Source of the DNA: Pseudonocardia sp.
GTDB lineage: Bacteria; Actinomycetota; Actinomycetes; Mycobacteriales; Pseudonocardiaceae
Assembly (NCBI GenBank): GCA_029263115.1
Contig: JAJCYC010000269.1
Span: 930 to 64,929, forward strand
Direction: 5' to 3'
Length of the DNA stretch: 64,000 nucleotides
Notes under the pieces: generated by a model
What the model was told of the DNA's origin: nothing
Seen by the model: the letters and a program-made list of their open reading frames with translations, nothing else
Database searches by the model: none
Shown: piece by piece, positions 25,179-33,511 of the stretch
How positions within the stretch are numbered: the first letter of the stretch is position 1
Layout: the number at the start of each line of letters is the position of its first letter
Program-made: the position numbers and the translations under genes

Positions 25179-25679
25179 ATGGATATGGCGCCAACCCGGA
25201 TCGGGCGCGCTCTGGTGGTCATCGTCGACGACCGGGCGGGGCACACCGAGCACGAGGACACGAGCGGTCCGCTGGTCACCGAACTGCTGGAGGAGGGTGG
25301 CTTCGTGGTCGACGCGGTGGTCACCGTGCCCGGCGAGGCGGTGGCGATCCGCAACGCGCTGAACACGGCGGTGATCGGCGGGGTCGACCTGGTGGTCACC
25401 GTCGGCGGCACCGGGGTCTCCCCGCGCGACGTCACCTCCGACGCGACGGCCGGCGTGCTGGACCGGTCGATCCCCGGCATCGCCGAGGCGATCCGGGCGT
25501 CCGGGCTGGCCGCGGGCGCGGTCGACGCCGGACTGTCGCGCGGGCTGGTCGGAGTCTCGGGCAGCACCCTGGTGGTCAACCTGGCCCCGTCCCGGGCGGC
25601 GATCCGCGACGGCATGGCGACGCTGACGCCCCTGGCCCCGCACGTGATCGAGGAGCTGTCCGGCCTGGACGAGGCCTGA
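25179..25679 (+). CDS. moaB: Molybdenum cofactor biosynthesis protein MoaB/Mog family
   Basis: In the frame of ORF 24120..25679. MDMAPTRIGRALVVIVDDRAG...DLVVTVGGTGVSPRDVTSDAT...PGIAEAIR...STLVVNLAPS. Confidence 0.85.
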   Translation: MDMAPTRIGRALVVIVDDRAGHTEHEDTSGPLVTELLEEGGFVVDAVVTVPGEAVAIRNALNTAVIGGVDLVVTVGGTGVSPRDVTSDATAGVLDRSIPGIAEAIRASGLAAGAVDAGLSRGLVGVSGSTLVVNLAPSRAAIRDGMATLTPLAPHVIEELSGLDEA

Positions 25680-25682
25680 GTC

Positions 25683-25880
25683 GTGTCCGGGCCGGAGCCC
25701 GACGCCGACCACGGACCGGCCCCCGCCGGACCGGCCGGATCGGCGCGCAGGCTCGCGGAGATCTTCGGTGATGTGCTGCCGGAGTCGACCGGTGACGACC
25801 TGGACCCGGAGCAGGTGGACGGCCCGGCCGCTGACCGCTGGTACGCCGAGAACCGCCCGCCGCACCACGACCGCGACTGA
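25683..25880 (+). CDS. Small acidic conserved hypothetical protein
   Basis: 65 aa with high GC3, 3 nt after the moaB stop. It ends ...DRWYAENRPPHHDRD. Confidence 0.5.
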   Translation: MSGPEPDADHGPAPAGPAGSARRLAEIFGDVLPESTGDDLDPEQVDGPAADRWYAENRPPHHDRD

Positions 25881-26201
25881 GCCCGGATCCACCTGCGCCG
25901 TGAGGCGCTGCTGTTCGAGTGGAGGTGAGAGACCTTCGTCGCTGTCCTGTGCAGACGGTTCACCACTGCGCAAGGCCAGTGGCGGCCGCTGTCGGCGGAC
26001 GGGATCGAGTTGTTCAACATCGAGGCGGTCCCCGTGACCCGCTACCGATGGCGCGGCGACACCATCCACGACCCCGTGGGCCCAGCCCGCATAACGGCAG
26101 CGTCCGTGGCGAGCCCGGTGCGTCGAGAGGTGCACGCCGGGTTCGGTGAGCGGCCTGGGAAACGGACCGGGAGCAATCCCGGCACCGCGCCCCAGGCCGA
26201 C
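25881..26201 (+). mobile_element. 5'-truncated group II intron remnant (maturase C-terminal fragment, domain V, downstream hairpin)
   Basis: Frame-0 translation HLRREALLFEWR*ETFVAVLCRRFTTAQGQWRPLSADGIELFNIEAVPVTRYRWRGDTIHDPV resembles the extreme C-terminus of actinobacterial group II intron RT/maturases. A canonical domain V follows about 35 nt later. The 3' boundary is approximate. Confidence 0.7.
26111..26144 (+). ncRNA. Group II intron domain V
   Basis: GAGCCCGGUGCGUC-GAGA-GGUGCACGCCGGGUUC is 34 nt. It has the AGC catalytic triad at positions 2-4, a GNRA (GAGA) loop, a 2-nt bulge (CG) in the 3' strand, and the same 14+4+16 layout as Ll.LtrB domain V as I recall it. Confidence 0.8.
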
Positions 26202-26289
26202 TCAACCGCCCGGATGACACACGACGCGACCACGCCATCGCCGGCCCGATGGATTTCGCGCACGCGCCGGCGATGGGTTGGTTCGCCGC

Positions 26290-26600
26290 GTGCTCACCTA
26301 CCGTGCCACCTGTAGGTGAGCACGCTCGCCAACCGGTGACATCGATGCTCGTCTGAGGGAGTTCAGACGGGAGCCGGAGTATGAGGTTGTCGAGGTCGGT
26401 GGGGCCGCCGTCCACCCAATGGATCACGTGGTGCGTGGAGCACCAGCTCGGAGTTTTCGCGCCGCGGCCAAGCTGGTGGTGGCCGACCCGGCCGCCGGTC
26501 GGCCCACAACCTGACGATGCACGGTTGACACCGAATGTCGTCGGTGCGTGCTGGTCCGTGGCGAGGTAACGCCTGCTTGATTTCGACGTAACACCACGGA
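26290..26600 (-). pseudogene. Degenerate DUF222-type HNH endonuclease (REP13E12-like) remnant
   Basis: The minus-strand frame reads ...PSWCSTHHVIHWVDGGPTDLDNLILRLPSELPQTSIDVTGWRA. The HHVIHW.DGGPTDLDNL core is present, but the following CxxHH...H segment is lost and the upstream part is scrambled. Boundaries are approximate. Confidence 0.55.
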
Positions 26601-26777
26601 CATCGTCGAGGCGTCTGCTTGTCGGATGGCTGGTGTGTCGGTTCGCGCGTCCGATGCGCCGACCCCGGCGGTGCCAGGACAGCCGCACGCACCGTCCGGC
26701 CGACGGCGGGCTCGAGGGGTCTCCGTCCGCGGCGTGCGATGGTCCGGGCGCGGGCCCGCGCCGGCCGGGTGGCGGTG

Positions 26778-28067
26778 ATGACCCAGAACGCGGCGACGAC
26801 CCAGAACGCGGCGACGACCCAGGTGGTGGTGCTCGGCGGCGGGATCGCCGGCCTGACCAGCGCGCTCGCGCTGGCCCGGCGCGGGGCGTCGGTGGAGGTC
26901 CTGGAGCACGACCGCTCGCCCGCGCCGTTCGGTCGCCGGGGAGCGGCCGGGTGGTTGCGCCCCGGGGTGCCGCAGGCACCGCACGCCCACGTGTTCGGCG
27001 CGGACTGTCGGCGGCTGCTGGCCGCCGAGCTGCCCGACGTGCTGTCGGTGCTGCTGGCGGCCGGAGCGCGGGAGATCCCGCTGCCCGGATCCGGTCCGGC
27101 GCTGGCGATGCGCCGCCCACTGTTCGACTGGGTGTTGCGCCGGGTAGCCGAACGTGAGCCCGGTGTGCGGGTGCACGACGGCACGCCGGCCACCGGCCTG
27201 CGCATCGAGGGTTCGCGGCTGACCGGCGTGCGGGTACCCGGCGGGGTGCTGGCCGCGATGGTCGCCGTGGACGCCACCGGTGCCGACAGCCCGGTCGCCG
27301 GGTGGCTGGCCAACGCCGAGCGCCCTTCCCGGTCGGGCCCCAAGCAACCGCGCCCGCCGGGCGACGATGATCCGCGCACGCCGGACCGCGCCACCGCCTA
27401 CCTGAGCCGCTGCTACGCACTGCGCTGGCCGGGCGACCCGGGCGAGCTGAACCTGGGCGCGGCGGCGGGAGGGCAGCTCGACGGGTACAGCTGCCGTGCG
27501 GTGCCCGGCGACAACCAGACCGTGACGGTGACCTTCGGGGTGCCGGTCGGGGCCCTTGCCGTCGGGGTCGGGGCCGTCGGGGTCGGGGGGCTGGCCGGGC
27601 TGCGGGAGCCGGCCTGGTTCCAGGTCGCCGCCGAAATGGTGCCGGCTGTCGCGGACTGGGTCGATCCGCGCTCGGCCGACCCGCTGACCGGCGTCCGCGT
27701 ACTGGACGGCTGGCCCACGCGGTCCCGGGCGGCTGCCGGGCCGGAGCCGGCGGAGGATCCGACCGACCGGCCGGCCGGTCTGGTGTCGGTCGGTGACGCC
27801 ACCGCCGGCCGTTGCCCGGCTCCGGAGAGCGGATACGGCGTGGCCCGGGCGCTCGCCCAGGCGTTGGCCTGCGCGGCCGCCCTGGATGGTGACCGGCGGA
27901 CAGCGAGCCCCGCCGATCGCGTCACGGCCCCGCGTCGCGATCCGGCCGGGAGCCTGGCTCCGGACGGTGTGCCGGGGCCGCTCGCGCGGCTCGAGGGCCC
28001 AGGCGCCGGGGAACTCGCCGAACGGATGGCACGGCGCCGCGCGTCGGTGCTCGTCGGCCGAGGATGA
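26778..28067 (+). CDS. FAD-dependent oxidoreductase/monooxygenase-like protein
   Basis: In ORF 26619..28067; ATG at 26778. Dinucleotide-binding motif VVVLGGGIAGLTSALALARRGASVEVLE and a late GD motif LVSVGDA. No specific family recognised. Confidence 0.6.
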   Translation: MTQNAATTQNAATTQVVVLGGGIAGLTSALALARRGASVEVLEHDRSPAPFGRRGAAGWLRPGVPQAPHAHVFGADCRRLLAAELPDVLSVLLAAGAREIPLPGSGPALAMRRPLFDWVLRRVAEREPGVRVHDGTPATGLRIEGSRLTGVRVPGGVLAAMVAVDATGADSPVAGWLANAERPSRSGPKQPRPPGDDDPRTPDRATAYLSRCYALRWPGDPGELNLGAAAGGQLDGYSCRAVPGDNQTVTVTFGVPVGALAVGVGAVGVGGLAGLREPAWFQVAAEMVPAVADWVDPRSADPLTGVRVLDGWPTRSRAAAGPEPAEDPTDRPAGLVSVGDATAGRCPAPESGYGVARALAQALACAAALDGDRRTASPADRVTAPRRDPAGSLAPDGVPGPLARLEGPGAGELAERMARRRASVLVGRG

Positions 28068-28138
28068 CCTGGTCGGTGACCGGCGCACCGCGACGGCACC
28101 GCCGGCCCGGGCCGGTCGCTCGAGTTGCGGCGCCGGAG

Positions 28139-28609
28139 CTACCGGTTCGCGTCCGGTGCCCGGGTCCCGGGGCCGGCGTTCGCGTCGGGCACCTGGGTCC
28201 CCCGGCCGACGTTTGCGTCCCCGGCCTGCGCACGTAGCAGGTCCCGGATCTCGGCGAGCAGCTCGATGTCGGTGGATTCGGCCGGCCCGGCCTCCTCGCC
28301 GCGCTTGCGCCGATCCTGGATGGTCTTCAGCGGCAGCACGATCACGAAGTAGACGACCAGCGCGACCAGCACGAAGTTGATCGTCGCGCTGATCAGCGCG
28401 GAGAAGTCCAGGTAGGTGCTCTCCTTCCCGTCGACCACGCTCACCCCGAGGCCCGTACTCGTGGGTGGTGTGACGGCGTTCAGCAGCGGCTTGATGATCT
28501 TGTCGGTGAACGCGCCGACCACCGACGTGAACGCCGCTCCGATGATCACCGCGACGGCCAGTTCGACCACGTTTCCGCGCAGGAGGAAGTCCTTGAATCC
28601 CTTGAGCAT
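28139..28609 (-). CDS. mscL: Large-conductance mechanosensitive channel MscL with repeat-containing C-terminal tail
   Basis: MLKGFKDFLLRGNVVELAVAVIIGAAFTSVV...INFVLVALVVYFVIVLP is canonical MscL. Confidence 0.95.
   Translation of the reverse strand: MLKGFKDFLLRGNVVELAVAVIIGAAFTSVVGAFTDKIIKPLLNAVTPPTSTGLGVSVVDGKESTYLDFSALISATINFVLVALVVYFVIVLPLKTIQDRRKRGEEAGPAESTDIELLAEIRDLLRAQAGDANVGRGTQVPDANAGPGTRAPDANR
28145..28231 (-). repeat. 33-bp coding tandem repeat (about 2.6 copies) in the mscL 3' end
   Basis: gttcgcgtc(c/g)gg...cc(g)gcc units begin at 28145, 28178 and 28211. They encode DANVGRGTQVP / DANAGPGTRAP / DANR. Confidence 0.8.
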
Positions 28610-29265
28610 CAGCGGAGCGTAACGGTCACCTCCCCTGAGAGGGTGGCCGCAGCGAGTCGGGCAGCTGTCGGGCGAGGTACCGCGACCAGCACCAGTCGTC
28701 CCTGGACGCCAGGTTTGTCATCGGCGGGCAGCACGGTGAGCACGGTGGCGCCGGCGGCCAGCAGCGTCGGCTGGTCGGATCGCTCGCCGAGCGTGACGAC
28801 GTCCACCAGCCGGCCCGGACCGAGCAGCCCGGCCACTCCCGCGTCGGCGAGCCGGATGGGCACGCTGGACGCGTCCGCCACCCCGGTGGCGCGGCGAGCC
28901 AGCTCGGGACCCGCCAGCCGGGGCCCGGTCAGGGCCTCGCCCGTGTTCGCGGCGCCCGCCAGCACCTGACCCTCGGCCTGGCCGATCTCGGTGATCGCAC
29001 CGGCCGGAATCAGCGCCGCCGGCCAGAGGCGGGCCTGCACATCGGCGGCCGACAGGGTGGTGCCGGGAGCGAGATCACGGGTGGCCACCAGGACCGGGCT
29101 CCCGTGGGTGGCGCTGAACCGGCCGTGCACCGCGAGCAGCACAGCGGCCAGCGCGAGCGCACCGGCCAGCCAGCACCGTGCCGCTCCCAGGTGACGCCAG
29201 CCGGGGCCGCGCAGCATCGCGGCGTAGCGCTCCGGAAGCGTCGGGGAGAGCTGGTGGTCGGTCAC
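28609..29265 (-). CDS. SAF-domain protein (CpaB/RcpC-like)
   Basis: In ORF 28609..29619; GTG start at 29265. TM helix, then VLVATRDLAPGTTLSAADV...VPIRLADAG...VDVV. The stop overlaps the mscL start by 1 nt. Confidence 0.7.
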   Translation of the reverse strand: MTDHQLSPTLPERYAAMLRGPGWRHLGAARCWLAGALALAAVLLAVHGRFSATHGSPVLVATRDLAPGTTLSAADVQARLWPAALIPAGAITEIGQAEGQVLAGAANTGEALTGPRLAGPELARRATGVADASSVPIRLADAGVAGLLGPGRLVDVVTLGERSDQPTLLAAGATVLTVLPADDKPGVQGRLVLVAVPRPTAARLAAATLSGEVTVTLR

Positions 29266-29353
29266 CTCGCCGACGGTAGGACGGACTCCGGTCGGCGCCC
29301 ACCCGCTCGGCCCGGGCTGTGGACATCCTGGGCGGATGTGGACAACTCCCGGT

Positions 29354-29713
29354 TCAGGAAGCCTTGGCGGCGGCGCCGGTGCTCGACCCGGTGGATGATG
29401 ACCCCGAGGACGAACCCGAGGAACCGGAATCGGAACCGGAGCCGGAGGAGGTGCTGGAGGAGTCGCCGGACTTCGACCCGGAGGTCGAGTCGGACTTCTC
29501 CGAGGAGCCGCTCGGCGCGGCGTCCACCCGGCTGCCGGTGCGGCTGTCGGTGCGGTAGAAGCCGCTGCCCTTGAACACGATGCCGACCGAGGAGAAGACC
29601 TTGCGCAGCCGGCCGGCACACTCCGGGCAGTCGGTCAGGTTGGCATCGGTGAACGCCTGGACGGCCTCGAACCGGTGCTCGCAGGCCGTGCACGCGTACT
29701 GGTAGGTCGGCAC
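29354..29713 (-). CDS. FmdB-family zinc-ribbon protein with Ser/Gly-rich tail
   Basis: MPTYQYACTACEHRFEAVQAFTDANLTDCPECAGRLRKVFSSVGIVFKGSGFY. Confidence 0.9.
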   Translation of the reverse strand: MPTYQYACTACEHRFEAVQAFTDANLTDCPECAGRLRKVFSSVGIVFKGSGFYRTDSRTGSRVDAAPSGSSEKSDSTSGSKSGDSSSTSSGSGSDSGSSGSSSGSSSTGSSTGAAAKAS

Positions 29714-29787
29714 CGCATACCTCCGCAGGGCTCACTCTCGAAATCTGGCACTCACACCGCTTGAGTGCCAGTCTAGTGCAGTGCCGG

Positions 29788-30411
29788 CTAAAACGTCCGG
29801 GGGCCGGCCGACGGGGTCAGCGCGCCGGTCATCGGGACGTCGTGCGGTTCGGTGGGCAGCGCGTCCACCAGTTCCTCGTCGCGCACCACGGCCAGGAGCA
29901 CGGCCCCGGTGCGGGCGTAGGCCAGGGCGCGGTCGTACCAGCCGGCGCCCCGGCCCAGCCGGGTCCCGTTCCGGTCCACCGCGAGCGCGGGCACCAGCAC
30001 CAGCACGGCCTCGGCGCATGCCGACGGCCCGACGGCCGGACCGGACGGCTGGCGCATGCCGAACGGTCCGTCCACCAGCGATTCGGTGCCCTCGAACACG
30101 GCCCAGTCCGGGGTGTCCGTGCCGCGGGCGCCCGGCGCGAACCGTGGCAGCAGCACCCGCCGGCCGCTGGCGCGCAGTGCCTCCGGCATAGCGGGTGACC
30201 CGGGCTCGTGGCCGATCGGGAGGTAGGCGCACACCGTGTCCGTGCTCCCCCGGGGCAGCAGCGCGCGGACCGCCGCGAGCCGACACGCCGCCACCGCTCC
30301 GTCGGCCAGTCGGCGGGCCTCAGCGTCGCGCGCGGCCTCGGGCACCGCCCGCCGTCGGGCCAGCAGCAGTTCCCGCCAGCCGGCCTTGTCCAGCGTTGCC
30401 CCGTCGGTCAT
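29788..30411 (-). CDS. 5-formyltetrahydrofolate cyclo-ligase
   Basis: 207 aa: KAGWRELLLARRRAV...VCAYLPIGHEPG...LVPALAVDRNGTRLGRGAGWYDR. Syntenic with Rv0992c. Confidence 0.8.
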   Translation of the reverse strand: MTDGATLDKAGWRELLLARRRAVPEAARDAEARRLADGAVAACRLAAVRALLPRGSTDTVCAYLPIGHEPGSPAMPEALRASGRRVLLPRFAPGARGTDTPDWAVFEGTESLVDGPFGMRQPSGPAVGPSACAEAVLVLVPALAVDRNGTRLGRGAGWYDRALAYARTGAVLLAVVRDEELVDALPTEPHDVPMTGALTPSAGPRTF

Positions 30412-30556
30412 CCGCAGCCCTCCCCGCCAATGAGCACGCCCGCCGGCCCCGCGCGGCCGCCGATACCACCCACAATGGTCCGTCCGCGGCGGTCAGCGGC
30501 CATTGACGGTGGCGTGAGTGCCCGGTGACCGGCGGTCACGGCTAGGCTCGCCGCTC

Positions 30557-31486
30557 ATGACGGCTTCTCGACCGTTCCGCACCGCGATCGTGCCGGCGGC
30601 CGGGCTCGGCACCCGGTTCCTGCCCACCACCAAGACCGTGCCGAAGGAATTGTTGCCGGTGGTCGACACCCCCGGTATCGAGATGGTCGCCGCCGAGGCG
30701 GCCGAGGCCGGCGCCGACCGGCTGCTCATCGTCACCTCGCCGGGCAAGGACGCGGTCGCCGCGCACTTCGCCCCACAGCCCGAGCTGGAGCGCACGCTCG
30801 CCGCCCGGGGCAAGCAGGCGCTGGCGGCCAAGGTCCGGCGGGCGGCCGAGCTGATCGCCGTGGCCACGGTCACCCAGGACGAACCCAAGGGCCTCGGGCA
30901 CGCGGTGGGCTGCGCCGCCGACGCGCTGGGCGCCGACGAGGACGCGGTGGCGGTGCTGTTGCCCGACGACATCGTGCTCCCGCAGGCCGGTGAGCCCGGG
31001 GTGCTCAGCCGGATGGCGGCGGTGCGGGCGCGCTACGGAGGCAGCGTGCTGTGCGCGTTCGACGTGCCGCGCGCCGAGATCAGCGCCTACGGCGTGTTCG
31101 ATGTGGAGGACACGGACGACCCCGACGTCAAACGGGTGCGCGACATGGTGGAGAAGCCGTCCGCCGAGGATGCCCCGTCCACGTTCGCCACCGCCGGCCG
31201 CTACCTGCTCGACCGGGCGATCTTCGATGCGCTGAAGCGGATCACCCCGGGCGCCGGCGGCGAGCTGCAGCTGACCGACGCGGTGGCGATGCTGATCCAC
31301 GAGGGCCATCCGGTGCACGTGGTGGTGCACCGGGGCGGGCGGCACGACCTGGGCAACCCGGCCGGTTACGTCCGGGCCTTCGTCGACTTCGCGCTCAAGC
31401 ACCCCGAGTACGGACCCGACCTGCGCGGCTGGCTGACCCGGCGACTGGCCGAGGACGCCCCCGACCGGGCGGCCCGCGGGGGCTGA
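30557..31486 (+). CDS. galU: UTP--glucose-1-phosphate uridylyltransferase
   Basis: In ORF 30518..31486; ATG at 30557. AIVPAAGLGTRFLPTTKTVPKELLPVVD...EPKGLGHAV...VEKP. Confidence 0.9.
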   Translation: MTASRPFRTAIVPAAGLGTRFLPTTKTVPKELLPVVDTPGIEMVAAEAAEAGADRLLIVTSPGKDAVAAHFAPQPELERTLAARGKQALAAKVRRAAELIAVATVTQDEPKGLGHAVGCAADALGADEDAVAVLLPDDIVLPQAGEPGVLSRMAAVRARYGGSVLCAFDVPRAEISAYGVFDVEDTDDPDVKRVRDMVEKPSAEDAPSTFATAGRYLLDRAIFDALKRITPGAGGELQLTDAVAMLIHEGHPVHVVVHRGGRHDLGNPAGYVRAFVDFALKHPEYGPDLRGWLTRRLAEDAPDRAARGG

Positions 31487-31493
31487 CAACGCG

Positions 31494-32720
31494 GTGAGGT
31501 CGGTCGATGAGCAGCTCGCGAGGGTGTTGGACACGGCGGTTCGGCCGGCACCCATCAGGGTCGCGATCTCCGAGGCGCAGGGCCTGCTGTGCGCGGAGGA
31601 GGTGCTGGCCCAGCGTGCCCTGCCGGGCTTCGACCAGGCCGCCGTCGACGGCTACGCGGTACGCAGCGTCGACCTGCACGGCGCCGGACCGGACCACCCG
31701 GTGTCCCTGCCGGTGGTCGGCGAGGTCGCCGCCGGGTCCCGCCAGCCGCACCGGTTGCAGCCCGGTCAGGCGGTGCGCCTGGTCACCGGTGCGCCGCTGC
31801 CCACGCTGGCCGACGCCGTGGTGCCGATCGCGGACACCGACGCGCACCCCGCCCAGGTCGCGGTCTACCGCGCGGTGCCCTCGGCGGCCTACGTCCGGCG
31901 GATCGGGGAGGACGTGGCGCCCGGTGACGTCGCGGTCCGGCGCGGCTCGGTGATCGCCGCGGCCCAGGTGGGACTGCTCGCGGCGGTCGGGCGGGGCCGG
32001 GTGCTGGTGCACCCTCGACCCCGGGTGGCGGTGCTGTCGGTGGGCGACGAGCTGGTGGACGTGGCCCGCGATCCCGGGGCCGGTGAGGTGTACGACGTGA
32101 ACTCCTACGCGCTGGCCGCCGCCGCCCGGGACGCCGGTGCCGAGGCGCTGCGGGTCGGGCTGGTGTCCCGCGAACCGGGCCGGCTGCGCGAGACGGTGGC
32201 CGACCACCTGGCCAGCTGCGACCTCATGGTGCTGTCCGGGGGCATCGGCGGGGAGGCCGGTGAGCAGGTGCTCGACGCGCTCGGCCAGCTCGGCGAGTTG
32301 GACGGCACCCGGATCGGCATCCACCCCGGCTCGGTGCAGGCGTTCGGCCGGCTCGGCCCGGACAAGGTGCCGACGTTCGTGCTGCCGTCCAACCCGGTCA
32401 GCGCGCTGGTGCTGTTCGAGGTGCTGGTCCGGCCGCTGATCCGGACGGTGCTGGGCCGGGCCGACCCCAAACGCCGGCGGGTGTCCGCGCGGCTGCTCTC
32501 CCCGCTGACCTCGGTGCCGGGGCGGCGGGGTTACCTGCGCGGCCGCCTGCTGCGCGAGGAGGCCACCGGTGACTACCTGGTGCAGCCGCTGGGCACCTCG
32601 GGCACCCAGCTGCTGTCTGCGTTGGCCGAGGCGAACTGCCTGATCGAGCTGGCCGAGTCGACGACCGACGTCACCGTCGGCGAGCAGGTTACCGTGGCGT
32701 TCCTGGCGCCCCGCACCTGA
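31494..32720 (+). CDS. moeA: MoeA-family molybdopterin molybdotransferase / gephyrin-like protein (Glp-type locus)
   Basis: 408 aa: FDQAAVDGYAV...PGQAVRLVTGAPLP...DLMVLSGGIG...PSNPVSALV. Position galU-moeA-rimJ as in Rv0993-0995. Confidence 0.85.
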   Translation: MRSVDEQLARVLDTAVRPAPIRVAISEAQGLLCAEEVLAQRALPGFDQAAVDGYAVRSVDLHGAGPDHPVSLPVVGEVAAGSRQPHRLQPGQAVRLVTGAPLPTLADAVVPIADTDAHPAQVAVYRAVPSAAYVRRIGEDVAPGDVAVRRGSVIAAAQVGLLAAVGRGRVLVHPRPRVAVLSVGDELVDVARDPGAGEVYDVNSYALAAAARDAGAEALRVGLVSREPGRLRETVADHLASCDLMVLSGGIGGEAGEQVLDALGQLGELDGTRIGIHPGSVQAFGRLGPDKVPTFVLPSNPVSALVLFEVLVRPLIRTVLGRADPKRRRVSARLLSPLTSVPGRRGYLRGRLLREEATGDYLVQPLGTSGTQLLSALAEANCLIELAESTTDVTVGEQVTVAFLAPRT

Positions 32721-32746
32721 GCGACGCCGGCGACCAGGCAGACACC

Positions 32747-33409
32747 GTGGCACACCTCTCAGATTCCACGCGGCTGGGCCGCCATCCCGGCTGGCCGGTC
32801 GAGCTCGGACCGCTGCGCACCCGGGCCGGCCTGGTCGAGGTCCGCCCGATCCGGCTGCGTGACGGTGCCGCCTGGGCCGCGATCCGGGCCCGCGACGAGC
32901 GGCACCTGGCCCCGTGGGAGCCGGATTCACCCGGACTGTGGGCGCACCGCAACACCGTCGCCGAGTGGCCGGCCCGGTGGAGCGCGCTACGCGCGGTCGG
33001 CCGGCGCGGGCAGGCGCTGCCGCTCGCGGTCACCGTGGACGGCGCCTTCGCCGGGCAGGTGATGGTCGGAAACGTGGTGCGCGACCCGCTGTGGTCGGCG
33101 TACGTGGGGTACTGGTTGGGCAGCCACGTCACCGGCGGTGGCGCCACCACCGCGGCCGTGGCGATGGTGCTGGACCACTGCTTCGGACCGGTCCGGTTGC
33201 ACCGCATCGAGGCGACCGTTCGTCCGGAGAACACTGCGAGCCGCCGGGTGCTGGTCAAGCTCGGATTCCGTGAGGAGGGCCTCTTCCGGCGCTACCTGAA
33301 CGTGGAGGGCTCCTGGCGGGACCACCTCTGCTACGCGCTGACCACCGAGGACCTGCCGGAGAGTCTGGTGGTGCGGCTGCTGAACGCCGGTCTGGCCGAG
33401 CGACCCTGA
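32747..33409 (+). CDS. rimJ: GNAT N-acetyltransferase, RimJ/RimL-like
   Basis: 220 aa: VEVRPIRLRDGAAW...GYWLGSHVTGGGATTAAVAMVLDHCF...LHRIEATVRPENTASRRVLVKLGFREEG. Confidence 0.8.
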   Translation: MAHLSDSTRLGRHPGWPVELGPLRTRAGLVEVRPIRLRDGAAWAAIRARDERHLAPWEPDSPGLWAHRNTVAEWPARWSALRAVGRRGQALPLAVTVDGAFAGQVMVGNVVRDPLWSAYVGYWLGSHVTGGGATTAAVAMVLDHCFGPVRLHRIEATVRPENTASRRVLVKLGFREEGLFRRYLNVEGSWRDHLCYALTTEDLPESLVVRLLNAGLAERP

Positions 33410-33511
33410 GACGGCGCAGGCGAGGCATGGACCCTGATCCGGCGCGCCGCCGAGGCCGGGGCTTCCCCGCTGGTTACCGTGTGCGCGCCGGTACGACTCG
33501 GGGGAGGCGGC

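Noticed and set aside
25110-26135. N-terminal 340 codons of ORF 24042..26135(-)
   Set aside because: The epimerase clearly begins at VRILVTGGAGFIGS (GTG 25109). The upstream extension runs antisense through moaB and the intron remnant.
26145-26201. Exact domain VI and 3' splice site of the intron remnant
   Set aside because: The 9-bp-stem hairpin (26151-26199) fits the position. However, I cannot identify a bulged branch-point A at the canonical 7-8 nt from a plausible 3' end, so the boundary is left approximate.
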